A stretch of 64,000 nt of DNA from a bacterium. Its GTDB lineage: Bacteria > Patescibacteriota > Minisyncoccia > UBA6257 > GWB1-50-10. The position numbers were made by a program, and so were the translations under genes. Below are positions 10,149 through 19,085 of the stretch, in pieces (positions within the stretch are counted from its first letter, which is position 1; each line of letters opens with the position of its first letter). The stretch lies in NCBI GenBank assembly GCA_002686365.1, contig NZBZ01000004.1, forward strand, positions 27,079 through 91,078, written 5' to 3'. The notes under the pieces are model-generated. The model did not search any database. It was not told the DNA's origin and saw nothing but the letters and a program-made list of their open reading frames with translations.

Positions 10149-10179
10149 GAGGGTTTGTCCAACGGACGCCCTCTTTTTT
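10149..10179 (+). terminator. Intrinsic terminator
   Basis: gaggg...ccctc stem then T6. Confidence 0.7.
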
Positions 10180-10188
10180 GTTTGTTAA

Positions 10189-10218
10189 TATCCTGTTCCG
10201 ATATATTTTGAGGAGTAG
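10189..10218 (+). repeat. Gene 3'-end repeat, copy 3 (YPVPIYFEE*)
   Basis: tat cct gtt ccg ata tat ttt gag gag tag. Confidence 0.85.
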
Positions 10219-10235
10219 GTTTTTTATGTCGGTGC

Positions 10236-10264
10236 TTGACACACTATGTATAGTGTGTCATTGT
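10236..10264 (+). promoter_or_regulatory. Promoter overlapped by an operator-like inverted repeat
   Basis: ttgaca-17-cattgt; tgacacactat-gt-atagtgtgtca. Confidence 0.55.
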
Positions 10265-10397
10265 TATATATAACTATCGTTCATTTAAATTGTTATGTAG
10301 CAGGTTAGAGCAACCGAATTGGTCTTTTTGGGAGATTAGTTCGGTTGCTCTAACTATACGGTGCCGTTTGTCACTCTTGCAGGAGGAATGAGAAGTA

Positions 10398-10637
10398 ATG
10401 GTTTCTGATAAGAAGTCTAGTGAGGTCTGGGACGATGACATGACTGAGGAGGAGCGACTCGCTTTTCTCGAGTTGCTTGAGGGGTGTTCTCTCATCAGTC
10501 GGGAAAACTATCCGGATCTTTCCGACCTTGCTCAGAGGAGTTTCGACGACCTACCTTCCGCGCTCTGTGGCTGTCTCCGTTTGGCACGAGAAGGCGATGG
10601 ATTTAAGGCCATCTCATTGATGGATGCAACTCAGTAA
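10398..10637 (+). CDS. Small orphan acidic protein (cassette)
   Basis: SD aggagg at 10381. Confidence 0.6.
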   Translation: MVSDKKSSEVWDDDMTEEERLAFLELLEGCSLISRENYPDLSDLAQRSFDDLPSALCGCLRLAREGDGFKAISLMDATQ

Positions 10638-10688
10638 GTAGGTGATGCGGTGGCTGAGTTACAATAGTGCACGTTTACGGCACTAAGT

Positions 10689-10732
10689 GGAGCGTTCGCG
10701 AAATAAGATTCGCTGCGCTCCCTTTTTATTTT
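10689..10732 (+). terminator. Intrinsic terminator
   Basis: ggagcg...cgctcc stem then ctttttatttt. Confidence 0.65.
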
Positions 10733-10750
10733 AGGAATAGGCAATGTTTA
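10727..10750 (+). repeat. Gene 3'-end repeat, copy 4 (degenerate)
   Basis: tattttaggaataggcaatgttta vs tatttcacggaataggcaatgttta at 9001. Confidence 0.7.
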
Positions 10751-10776
10751 TATGTTGGACTTTTAAACAAAATGTA

Positions 10777-10875
10777 GTCCCTCGTCGTCCCCCGACGTTA
10801 CGTCGGGGGACCCGCTCGGGATCCTGAATTTTCTAGTTTCCCTTGCCAAGGCGGGGTCAAAGAAAATTCGGGGGT
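10777..10875. repeat. Cluster of REP-like palindromes
   Basis: gtcccccgacgt-t-acgtcgggggac; gccaaggcggggtc also at ~26354. Confidence 0.7.
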
Positions 10876-10907
10876 TTTGGGAGGTTAAAAGTAGTATAAT
10901 TATAAAT

Positions 10908-11993
10908 ATGAAGAAGATATTTTCGTTTGTTATTTTATTATCACTCATTTCAATTGGAGGGACAGCTTTAGCTCAAGAGGCAGAGCTTCCGGATCCGGGA
11001 CTTACTCCTGATAGTCCATTTTATTTTCTAGAGAGACTTGTAGAGGGGATTGGCACTTTCTTTACTTTTGGGAATATTAAGAAGGCTGAAAGGTATACTG
11101 CTCTTGCTGCTGAAAGATTGGCTGAAGCAAAAGCTTTGGTGGAGAAGGGAAAGTCAAAACTTGTAGAAAAAATCCTTGCAAGGTATGAGGATTAGTTAGT
11201 AAAAGCTTCATTTAGAAAAGAGGAGGCTAGAATTAATGGGAAGGATACGAAGAGAGTGTCTGAGATCATAACTGAAGCCACGAATAAACATCTTATTGTA
11301 TTAGGGGTAGTATTAAAAAAAGTACCAGAAGAAGCGAAATCTGCTATTCAGCGGGCAATTACAGTTTCAACTAAAGAGGGGCTTGAGAGAGCAGTAGTAG
11401 AGTTTAAGCAAAAAAAAGATTCTAGTACAAATTATGAATTGATGAGAGCTAAATGTTTAGAATCGGGAGCGCCGCCAAATGTATGCGAGTCTCTTGAAGA
11501 GGCTCTTCAGAGTGGTATATCACCGAGAGAGATTTGTGAAAAATCAGGAGGGCCGCCAGAGATGTGCGAGATAATTCCTACCAAGGGCTTTAAATCGTTT
11601 GGACAGATTAAATCTTTCTGCACGGAATCAGGAGGGCCGGCAGAAATATGTGAATCGCTTGAATCTAACTGTAGAGAATTTGGAATAACAAAACCGGATG
11701 ATTGTTTTCGTGTTCTTTCAATTGCTACAGTAACGACTTATCAGGAGACTTCCCCTACAGCTTTTCCTATGCGTACTTTGGAAGCTGAGCGGGGTGCGGG
11801 CGTGGAATTGCAGAGCTGGGAGGAGCTTGAAGTTAGCTGTTTGAAAAATGGTTCAAGAACCGGAAAGACTCCGGAGTGGTGCGCGTCTCTTGAAGCTATA
11901 TGTAAGGAAGCGGGAGCAGAAACAGCAGATCAGTGTTATCGCGGAGTAGATTCAAAAGGGAAGTTAATACACCCATCAAAATTCTCACTATAG
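10908..11993 (+). pseudogene. DUF5667-like secreted protein with Cys-rich repeats, split by in-frame TAG
   Basis: LPDPGLTPDSPFYFLE motif; single TAG at 11193-11195, frame continues into the 11256 ORF. Confidence 0.8.
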
Positions 11994-12054
11994 GGTGTAG
12001 TCATAGTTAGGTTTTTGTTTGTTGAGTTGCTGTTTTAGGGTATAATTGATGTAT

Positions 12055-12240
12055 ATGAAAAAAGGCATGCAATGTGGTGGTGGCTGCGCTGGCGCAATTT
12101 ATCTATTGGGCTTGGTTGGCGCGGCAATATATTACATTTCTACTGCAGCGGGTTTCTGGCTGGGTGTTTTAGGTTTACTTAAGGCGCTTGTATGGCCTGT
12201 TTTTCTTGTTTACGAACTTCTGAAGTTTTTGGGAGCGTAA
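12055..12240 (+). CDS. Small membrane protein
   Basis: Hydrophobic, GFWLGVLGLLKALVWP; tataat 8 nt upstream. Confidence 0.8.
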   Translation: MKKGMQCGGGCAGAIYLLGLVGAAIYYISTAAGFWLGVLGLLKALVWPVFLVYELLKFLGA

Positions 12241-12252
12241 GTTTCTTGCTGT

Positions 12253-12269
12253 ATAAATCTAAATAGAAA
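12253..12269 (+). repeat. 17 bp direct repeat, left
   Basis: ataaatctaaatagaaa, identical at 12726. Confidence 0.8.
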
Positions 12270-12287
12270 AATAAAATAGGTTTTGAT

Positions 12288-12515
12288 ATGAAAGAAAAAA
12301 TTAACTCGTTTTTTGATTCGTTGTGGTTTAATGCCATTGCGAGCGTCGTATCTATTGGGGTGCTTGTTGAGCGTGTAGTTACAAATTATCTTTCTGGAGA
12401 TTATTATCATGAATTTATTTTGATAATAGTTTGGGTGGTTATATTGTTTCACTTTATAGCAGCTACTATAAAAGCTAATAAGAAAAGAAGAGAGGCTGTA
12501 TTAAATAATAAATAA
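12288..12515 (+). CDS. Small two-TM protein, AT-rich
   Basis: Two hydrophobic segments. Confidence 0.7.
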   Translation: MKEKINSFFDSLWFNAIASVVSIGVLVERVVTNYLSGDYYHEFILIIVWVVILFHFIAATIKANKKRREAVLNNK

Positions 12516-12528
12516 TAATAAAATATAT

Positions 12529-12729
12529 ATGCGTTTTGATAAATTGAACAATCGGTTTAAGTGGGGAATTATTGGAGGAGTTCTCGGAGGAGTAATTGCT
12601 ATAGTTGGTTTTTGGATATTATCGCCTCAAACAGACTCGGTTGTTCTTTTTGTATTACTTAGGGTTGTAATAGGAGCAATAGTTGCAATGATATTTGGGC
12701 CCATAATTACAACGAGATTAGTTAGATAA
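12529..12729 (+). CDS. Small two-TM protein, AT-rich
   Basis: GIIGGVLGG glycine-zipper-like helix. Confidence 0.7.
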   Translation: MRFDKLNNRFKWGIIGGVLGGVIAIVGFWILSPQTDSVVLFVLLRVVIGAIVAMIFGPIITTRLVR

Positions 12730-12742
12730 ATCTAAATAGAAA
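12726..12742 (+). repeat. 17 bp direct repeat, right
   Basis: ataaatctaaatagaaa, followed by terminator aaaaatcgtc-acgaa-ggcgattttt. Confidence 0.8.
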
Positions 12743-12882
12743 TTAAAGTTCAAAAATCGTCACGAAGGCGATTTTTTGATAATGTGGTGTGAAATATTGC
12801 TTTTTTCTTTAGGGTATGGCGTACTGGTTTGCAGGTGTCGGGGTGGAGACTAATTACTATTTCGGATGCTGGAGGGGGATTT

Positions 12883-13320
12883 GTGAAATATCCTGTTGCT
12901 TTCGCTCTAGTTATTATCGCGTTTGTTGTTGTTGGAGACGGAGAGCGTGTGGGCTATGCGGTTTTGTATCTGACGTCCTCTCGAATTTCGGAGTATACGT
13001 CAGAGCAGATCGCAGACATGCAGAGCGCCTTGGAGGCTCGGTTCGAAGAGGTGTATTGGAGAGAGAAGATTCGCATTAGCGAATTTCATCCTCGCGCCGA
13101 GTTTATTCTTCCCGTTTTTGCCAGCTTCTTTGCTGATGATCCTAGGGTGCATGTGGAGCTTACGTTTATCATGCATCGTGAGGGCAGGGATCATATCATA
13201 TATGCTGACGGCGTGACAGCGCCTCAGCTAAAGGCGGATGAGGTGGCGCTGGATCGCGCCTTTCGGGCAATGTGCATCATTGTCTTGATCGCTGACAATG
13301 CGTCAGTGGCAGTGCAATAG
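12883..13320 (+). CDS. Orphan hypothetical protein (cassette)
   Basis: SD ggaggggg before GTG 12883; terminator ending ccctctttttt near 13380. Confidence 0.6.
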   Translation: MKYPVAFALVIIAFVVVGDGERVGYAVLYLTSSRISEYTSEQIADMQSALEARFEEVYWREKIRISEFHPRAEFILPVFASFFADDPRVHVELTFIMHREGRDHIIYADGVTAPQLKADEVALDRAFRAMCIIVLIADNASVAVQ

Positions 13321-13513
13321 CGAGTGCAGCAGTCGAGGGGATATTATTGAGGGCTTGTCTATTGGGCATCCCTCTTTTTTGTTTATTTGTAAGCCGGATT
13401 TTTAGATATTGGAAATTATTGATTGTTTTTCTTGTTTATGGTCTAATTGCTTTTAGTTTGTGTACTGGGAATCTCGCGTGTCGTCCTGTAACTGTTCCGG
13501 AAGGAGGCCTCTA

Positions 13514-14125
13514 GTGGCCTTTCGTCGATCGTTCAGAAGGGCAGTGGACTTCGCTGGGATCGGGCCGTTCCTCGTGTTCTGCTTTCCTTACCTCTGGACG
13601 GATGTGTTCGTCGGTGGTGGGATCGAGTCCCTGTTAGCTCCCACGCTCATTTTGGTCTCCGCGGCCATCTTGTGGCTTGGGCGTTCTGTGGCCACGCTCT
13701 TTGAGGGAGACTGTAAGACTCCTAAGAGCATGAGGCAGTGTGGACTCCTTATCGTGCTGTTGTGGATTTCCACAACGTTGAGCACGCGGCTCTTCCTCGG
13801 TCTTCAGTGGGTTCCACTCGCCTTCCTGTCTGCGCCCATACTCTGGCATCTTGGGTGGGAGACATACTGGATCCGGCTCGCGTTCTGGCGATATTCCTAT
13901 AGGATAGAGGGTGACTTTCACGGCGTTGGGCCAGAAGATCTTGCCGAGATTCTCAGGGGTGCGACTGGGCGGGTCTGGGATGTTCCGGCTGTTCCTAGTG
14001 ATCCGTATATTCTTCCCTGGGATCCTCCGTCCAATGACGCGCTTGAGGATGCTGTTCTGTGGATTGGAGGGAAGCTGGGCGACGACGACAAGGTTCGAAT
14101 CGTCCCGTACTACAGGGGGTCTTGA
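13514..14125 (+). CDS. Orphan multi-TM protein (cassette)
   Basis: SD aggagg 13502, GTG 13514; terminator ccggataac..gttatccgg-T near 14140. Confidence 0.7.
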   Translation: MAFRRSFRRAVDFAGIGPFLVFCFPYLWTDVFVGGGIESLLAPTLILVSAAILWLGRSVATLFEGDCKTPKSMRQCGLLIVLLWISTTLSTRLFLGLQWVPLAFLSAPILWHLGWETYWIRLAFWRYSYRIEGDFHGVGPEDLAEILRGATGRVWDVPAVPSDPYILPWDPPSNDALEDAVLWIGGKLGDDDKVRIVPYYRGS

Positions 14126-14171
14126 TTCGTGTTCGAAAACCGGATAACTGCGTGTTATCCGGCCTTTTTTA

Positions 14172-14266
14172 TTTCGATATATCGAGATTCTGACATATCG
14201 AGATTTAGAGATTTTGATATATCGAGGTGTAGAGATATTGAGATATCGAGATTTTGATATGTTGAG
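14172..14266. repeat. Degenerate octamer array (ATATCGAG)
   Basis: Same unit occurs in frame in the CapA gene at 20700-20785. Confidence 0.85.
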
Positions 14267-14296
14267 TTTATGAGGGCTTGGGGTATACTGTTTTAT

Positions 14297-14863
14297 ATGG
14301 AAAATCTAAGTTTTGAATTCCTAAAAACTACTGGATTAGAGCTTTTGAGTACTTATGGATGGAAGATATTTTGGATATTAGTACTCTTTTTTGTTGGGCG
14401 AATAGTTCTTACTCTTGTTATTCATCGGATAGTGCGATTTGCAAGTGATGGGGATAATTCTACGACAACAGCTGTAGAGAAGCGCGCAAATACGCTTGGG
14501 CATGTGCTTCGGACTGTTGGGAATGTGGTGATTTATATTATTATCCTTCTTATGATTCTTGATTTATTTGGCGTGGATATTCGGCCAGTTTTAGCTGGCG
14601 CAGGAGTTTTGGGGCTTGCAATTGGGTTTGGAGCGCAGACTTTGGTGAAAGACTTTGTTTCAGGACTTTTTATTATTTTAGAGAATCAGTATGGAGTAGG
14701 AGATAGGGTAAAGATTGGGAGTGATGAGGGGAATGTTGTGAAAGTTTCTATGCGGTCTACGGTTTTGAAGGATGATGATGGGGGAATGCATTATTTTTCT
14801 AATAGCTTGGTAAAGAATGTGGCGAATCTTTCGAGGGTGAAAAAGAAGGAGGAGGCAGCTTAA
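14297..14863 (+). CDS. mscS: Small-conductance mechanosensitive channel family (short)
   Basis: GAGVLGLAIGFGAQTLVKDFVSG, GDRV. Confidence 0.9.
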   Translation: MENLSFEFLKTTGLELLSTYGWKIFWILVLFFVGRIVLTLVIHRIVRFASDGDNSTTTAVEKRANTLGHVLRTVGNVVIYIIILLMILDLFGVDIRPVLAGAGVLGLAIGFGAQTLVKDFVSGLFIILENQYGVGDRVKIGSDEGNVVKVSMRSTVLKDDDGGMHYFSNSLVKNVANLSRVKKKEEAA

Positions 14864-15007
14864 ATTTTCAATTCTCAATTTTCAATGGCCCTTTGGGGCT
14901 TTTTTGTTTGGATTTGACCAAAGCTTGGTTTTTTGTAAGAGTTTGGAGTGGTTCTTGTCTCGTTCGTGCTCGTCACCTTCTTCTGAGATTCTGAGAGAGG
15001 ATACGTA

Positions 15008-15409
15008 ATGTCTCCGAATATGAATATTAAGCTTTCGTTCCTGGATAGTCTCCCATTCTGGGGAGTGATCATCTCAGTGCTCTTGGTCCCCTTGGTCCCC
15101 GTGTATTTGTTTCACTTCTTCCTGCGCGAAATCGGCATGCCATGGAATCTGCTTCCTGTGTTTCCGACTGTTCTCGCGTTTTACCTTGGCTACACCTGTC
15201 GAAGGTATGGTAGTCGATCTGACGGCAGGGGTATTATGCGAGTTGCGGGCTCTATCGCGCTTGTCCTTGGTGTTCTTTGCGGAGGGGTTGGCGCTGCAAT
15301 TATTGTTAATGGCCTATGCGCCTTTTTCTTTGTAGGCGCGCCGATACTTTTTTGGGGTATTGGCTGGGGCATTGCTTGGGGCATTGGCTTAGCCTTGCCC
15401 CGCATATAA
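15008..15409 (+). CDS. Orphan multi-TM protein
   Basis: Hydrophobic; gagagg RBS. Confidence 0.6.
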   Translation: MSPNMNIKLSFLDSLPFWGVIISVLLVPLVPVYLFHFFLREIGMPWNLLPVFPTVLAFYLGYTCRRYGSRSDGRGIMRVAGSIALVLGVLCGGVGAAIIVNGLCAFFFVGAPILFWGIGWGIAWGIGLALPRI

Positions 15410-15467
15410 GTTGGCTAGATAGGGGAGGTAGTTTTCGTAGGGGATCTCTTGCAGCGTGCAGGAGATT

Positions 15468-16673
15468 TTATTTTTCAAATCTTGCGACTTCTTGGAAGAT
15501 GTTTTTTGTGTTTGCCTGCGTGTTCATGTTTTCAATAATCGCGGATATGGTGGTTTGGAATCCTCTGAATATTTTTGAGTTTGGTTCTGGGATGATGCGG
15601 CTTTGAAATAGTCCAATCAAGTAGCCTTTATAGAAGATGGGAGAGCCGGAGCGGCCTCCATAGGCGTCTGGAGAAGATTCGGTTTCGAGGACGTATGGAG
15701 TTTCTTCGAATGCTTTGTCTCCGGCATAGACTTCTGTAACTTTTGCGTCTTTTGTGAGAAGGCGAAATTCTTCAAATGAACTACTTCCTATTGCTTGATA
15801 GGCATATCCGGGGACTACAACTCTTTGGTCTTTTATTATTTCCAGCCATTCTTTTGGGTTTGAAATAAGGATTGGAGAGGCAGGGAGGCGGGGATTTTCA
15901 TGTTCGAAGTATTTACTTTCATTTTTTCCTGTGACTTCCAGAATGGCATAGTCGAGTTGTCGATTTTCATCTTCAGAGAGCTCTGTCTCTTCCGGGAGGT
16001 ATGCAAGGCGTGCTGTGAAGTCGTGTTGGATGCCGGAAGTGATTTTTAGGTCGTAGTAGGCGTATGGATATTTTTCATCTGGGAGAATTTCTCCATTTAC
16101 TCGGAGAATGTGTACATTGCAGGATGTTAGTTTGAGCGCTATGTCTAGATCCGGATCGTTATATGCCCAGCTGGTCCATTCAGGGTCTACAACATGTCTG
16201 TTTGTAAGAATGTATGATTCTTCTGTATAGGTATTTTCTTTGATAATTACGCCGGATCCGCGGGCGATTGCTGTATCTCCGTTGTCGTTTTTGAAATTGC
16301 AGGCAAGTCCTACAACAGAACGAAGGTCAATTGTGCGAGGTTCGAGGGTTGGAATTTTTTCAGTTTCCTGCTCGATTGGTTCAGGTTCTTTTATCTGCTC
16401 TGGCTTTGCTTCTTCTTTTTGTTCGGGCTCTGGTTCTTGTGTTTTAGCTGGTTCAGTACTTTCTGGTTCTTTGGCAGGAGGCGGTAGAGAGGGGCTTTCG
16501 ATTATTTCGAGCATTTCCGGAGGCATTGTATTTTCAGCTTCTTTTGGCAGTTTTGGGAGTTCCGCCTCTTCTTTTGTGTCCTGCGTTATCTCATCACTTG
16601 TTTCCGGTGTTTGGAAGGCCATTGTTAGTCCTAGGATTATAAGGACGAGAATTGAGACGATGTATTTAAACAT
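15468..16673 (-). CDS. Trypsin-like (S1) serine protease with N-terminal anchor and E/P linker
   Basis: GSGVII, ILTNRHV, LDYAIL, GRSGSP. Confidence 0.85.
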   Translation of the reverse strand: MFKYIVSILVLIILGLTMAFQTPETSDEITQDTKEEAELPKLPKEAENTMPPEMLEIIESPSLPPPAKEPESTEPAKTQEPEPEQKEEAKPEQIKEPEPIEQETEKIPTLEPRTIDLRSVVGLACNFKNDNGDTAIARGSGVIIKENTYTEESYILTNRHVVDPEWTSWAYNDPDLDIALKLTSCNVHILRVNGEILPDEKYPYAYYDLKITSGIQHDFTARLAYLPEETELSEDENRQLDYAILEVTGKNESKYFEHENPRLPASPILISNPKEWLEIIKDQRVVVPGYAYQAIGSSSFEEFRLLTKDAKVTEVYAGDKAFEETPYVLETESSPDAYGGRSGSPIFYKGYLIGLFQSRIIPEPNSKIFRGFQTTISAIIENMNTQANTKNIFQEVARFEK

Positions 16674-16689
16674 GTATTTACGATAGGGT

Positions 16690-17135
16690 TGTTTTTGGAT
16701 TGAGGCAAGGCCTATTAAAAGCGTAAAGGGCAGTCCCGCGTTGCACGAGGTGCCCTTTCGTGTTCCACACGTCTTGAAGCCTGTGGGGACTCATACTAAC
16801 TTTCTTCATGATGGGTATGTGCGCCGTTTGCCTCGCGGACACGCAACCCTGCAGCGAAGGCATGTGAAGAAAGTTCAAGAGCTTATTTTATTTTAGCATT
16901 TTCATTGGGGTTGTAAAAATTGGAACGTACCTAGCTTCCTAAAGTGGAAGAGGTCCGTTCATGATAGCCGGTCCCTGTTGGCGAGGAGCTTGGTTACAAC
17001 AAGCTGGGCAGGGATGGCAATATAGTGGTGATGTCACGATATGTGCGATCTGCGCGTTTCTTGGTCTCTCGTGCCAGGAGGGAATCTATGATATGCATGA
17101 GTGGTACAAGAAACGCCATTGGGTACCTTTTTTAC
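16690..17135. other. Hairpin-dense intergenic region, candidate structured RNA(s)
   Basis: Several long stems, no convincing ORF; see findings. Confidence 0.35.
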
Positions 17136-17173
17136 TTTGCTATAAATTGTTTTTTATGTCAAGTCGTCTATTT

Positions 17174-17635
17174 TTATTCGCAGTTTGTAGTTGAGGAATT
17201 TTTATTGCCTTCTCCTGTTGCTGTTTTGTAAAGATTTGTTGTTACTTTATTTACAAGTCCCTGTTCGTCATTTATATCTTGGAGTTTTTTCAGAATCGTT
17301 TTTGTCTCTTGGAGTTTTTGAGCGAGTTCTTCCTGCTCTCTGTCTACAGGCTTTGGAACCTCTCCTTCCTCCGCATCATCAGTTTGGGTTGGTAGGCCGA
17401 GTTCTTTTTTAATATCCTCGATGTTTTTTTCAAGCTGCTCTATGAGCTTTTCTCTCCTCTGGGCTGGAGTGAAGATTATAGGCTCTATTTTTTCTTTTAC
17501 AGAGTCTGGTGTGATTTTGGATATTGTGTTTTTTATACCAGAGGTTGCGCTTTTTTTAATATCATCTGGAACAAGATAGGTTGCACCTATTATTAGGGCT
17601 ATTACTACTCCTATTTTTAGAATTGTTGCTAACAT
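17174..17635 (-). CDS. Membrane-anchored coiled-coil hypothetical protein
   Basis: N-terminal TM from MLATILK. Confidence 0.75.
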   Translation of the reverse strand: MLATILKIGVVIALIIGATYLVPDDIKKSATSGIKNTISKITPDSVKEKIEPIIFTPAQRREKLIEQLEKNIEDIKKELGLPTQTDDAEEGEVPKPVDREQEELAQKLQETKTILKKLQDINDEQGLVNKVTTNLYKTATGEGNKNSSTTNCE

Positions 17636-17680
17636 ATGTGTATACTCATAATATATTTTTTTAATGGAGTTGTCAGTTCT

Positions 17681-18211
17681 ATGATTGCAATACTTCATAA
17701 TATTCGGAGTGTTTATAATGTTGGGTCTATATTTCGGACTGCAGATGCCTGTGGAATAGAGAAGGTGTATTTGTGCGGGATAACGCCTTCGCCTTTAGAT
17801 CAGTTTGGAAAGTATCGGCAGGATTTTTCAAAGACTGCTCTTGGGGCGGAGAAGACAGTCGCGTGGGAGAAGATTAGTTCTACTACGCGTCTTTTGGATA
17901 AATTGAAGAAGGATGGATTTCAGATTTTTGCGGTGGAGCAGTCTACGAAGTCAGTTCCGTACCACAAACTAAATCTTACGAAGCCCGACTTCATAAGATT
18001 GGGGGTTGTGGTTGGTAGTGAAGTTAAAGGGTTGAGTGCAGGGGTTTTGAAGAGGGTTGATAAGACCTTGGAGATTCCTATGCGTGGTGTAGTGGTTCGA
18101 CAGGCTCACCATCCGCGACACTCGGGTCGCGGAAAGGAGTCGCTTAATGTGTCAGTTGCGTTTGGGATTGTTGTGTATCAGTTAAAGTTTGGGAATAAGA
18201 TGTATGGGTAA
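17681..18211 (+). CDS. SpoU/TrmH family RNA methyltransferase
   Basis: NIRSVYNVGSIFRTAD, GSEVKG, ESLNVSVA. Confidence 0.92.
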   Translation: MIAILHNIRSVYNVGSIFRTADACGIEKVYLCGITPSPLDQFGKYRQDFSKTALGAEKTVAWEKISSTTRLLDKLKKDGFQIFAVEQSTKSVPYHKLNLTKPDFIRLGVVVGSEVKGLSAGVLKRVDKTLEIPMRGVVVRQAHHPRHSGRGKESLNVSVAFGIVVYQLKFGNKMYG

Positions 18212-18698
18212 GGAGTTAGAAAAAAAGTTTGTTTGGATTGGAGTACTTTTATTTGTTTTGGGAGGTGCTTGGTTTTTATTCAGGCCTTATTCTAATGTTC
18301 CAGAGTCAGGTCTTGAAACATTGGTTAGCGTAAGTGTTGGAGAGAATGTTTTTGAGGCAGAGGTTGCGGATTCAATAGAGGAGCGAAGCAGAGGCTTGTC
18401 AGGCAGAGAGGGCCTGGAAGATGGGCGTGGAATGCTTTTTCTTTTTGAATACCCTGCTGTTCAGGGATTTTGGATGAAAGATATGAAGTTTCCAATTGAT
18501 ATTATTTGGGTTTTGGATGGGGAGGTGATTGGATTTGAGGAGAATGTGCCTATGCCTTTGTTTGATATTTCTGAGTCAGAACTGCCTGTGTATTTTTCGC
18601 CTGAAGAAGTAGATATGGTTCTTGAGATTGGCGCTCATGAGGTAGAGAGGCTTGGAATAGAGGTTGGTGATTTGGTGGATATAAAAGACCCCTCTTGA
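18204..18698 (+). CDS. DUF192 family protein
   Basis: GMLFLF, FWMKDMKFPIDII, VLEI. Confidence 0.9.
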   Translation: MGKELEKKFVWIGVLLFVLGGAWFLFRPYSNVPESGLETLVSVSVGENVFEAEVADSIEERSRGLSGREGLEDGRGMLFLFEYPAVQGFWMKDMKFPIDIIWVLDGEVIGFEENVPMPLFDISESELPVYFSPEEVDMVLEIGAHEVERLGIEVGDLVDIKDPS

Positions 18699-18741
18699 GT
18701 CAAGAAGGGGGTTAATGCGCACCAAGATGCTGTTGCGCTTG

Positions 18742-18987
18742 TTAGGCTTTGCCTTGCTTTCTTTGTCTTTGGACGAGGCGTATGATTATATATTCTCCTG
18801 CTAAGGCGATTAATAGCCAGGATATGATGACCAGAGCCCTTTTGAGTGTCACGGGTTGATTCATCCACTGCTCTGTTAGCTGTAGTAGTTCCAGCGTTAG
18901 TATGGCTATGCTTGTCCATGCTAGCCACCAAACGAGTGCTAGTGCTAATAACAGTCTGATCGCCCATAACAGTCCAAGCGTCTTCAT
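18742..18987 (-). CDS. Small orphan membrane protein
   Basis: Two TMs; gaaaggg RBS. Confidence 0.6.
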   Translation of the reverse strand: MKTLGLLWAIRLLLALALVWWLAWTSIAILTLELLQLTEQWMNQPVTLKRALVIISWLLIALAGEYIIIRLVQRQRKQGKA

Positions 18988-19085
18988 GGAACTGGCCCTT
19001 TCGTGTTGCCTACGGCTCTTTCTAGTCTATTTATAGCATGTGGATAAGGTGATGTACATATTCTGGTATAATTTTTAGATATAAT

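Noticed and set aside
7845-10750. YPVPIYF repeats as DGR or CRISPR
   Set aside because: Differences are mostly synonymous and include C/T changes; the intervening segments are 0.5-1.2 kb gene units; no RT or cas genes.
11193-11195. Stop-codon recoding (TAG, or code 25 TGA)
   Set aside because: TAG ends gap and TGA ends tpiA and mltG, and conserved genes have no internal stops.
14090-14105. ggttcgaatc as a tRNA T-loop
   Set aside because: Lies inside a CDS with no cloverleaf around it.
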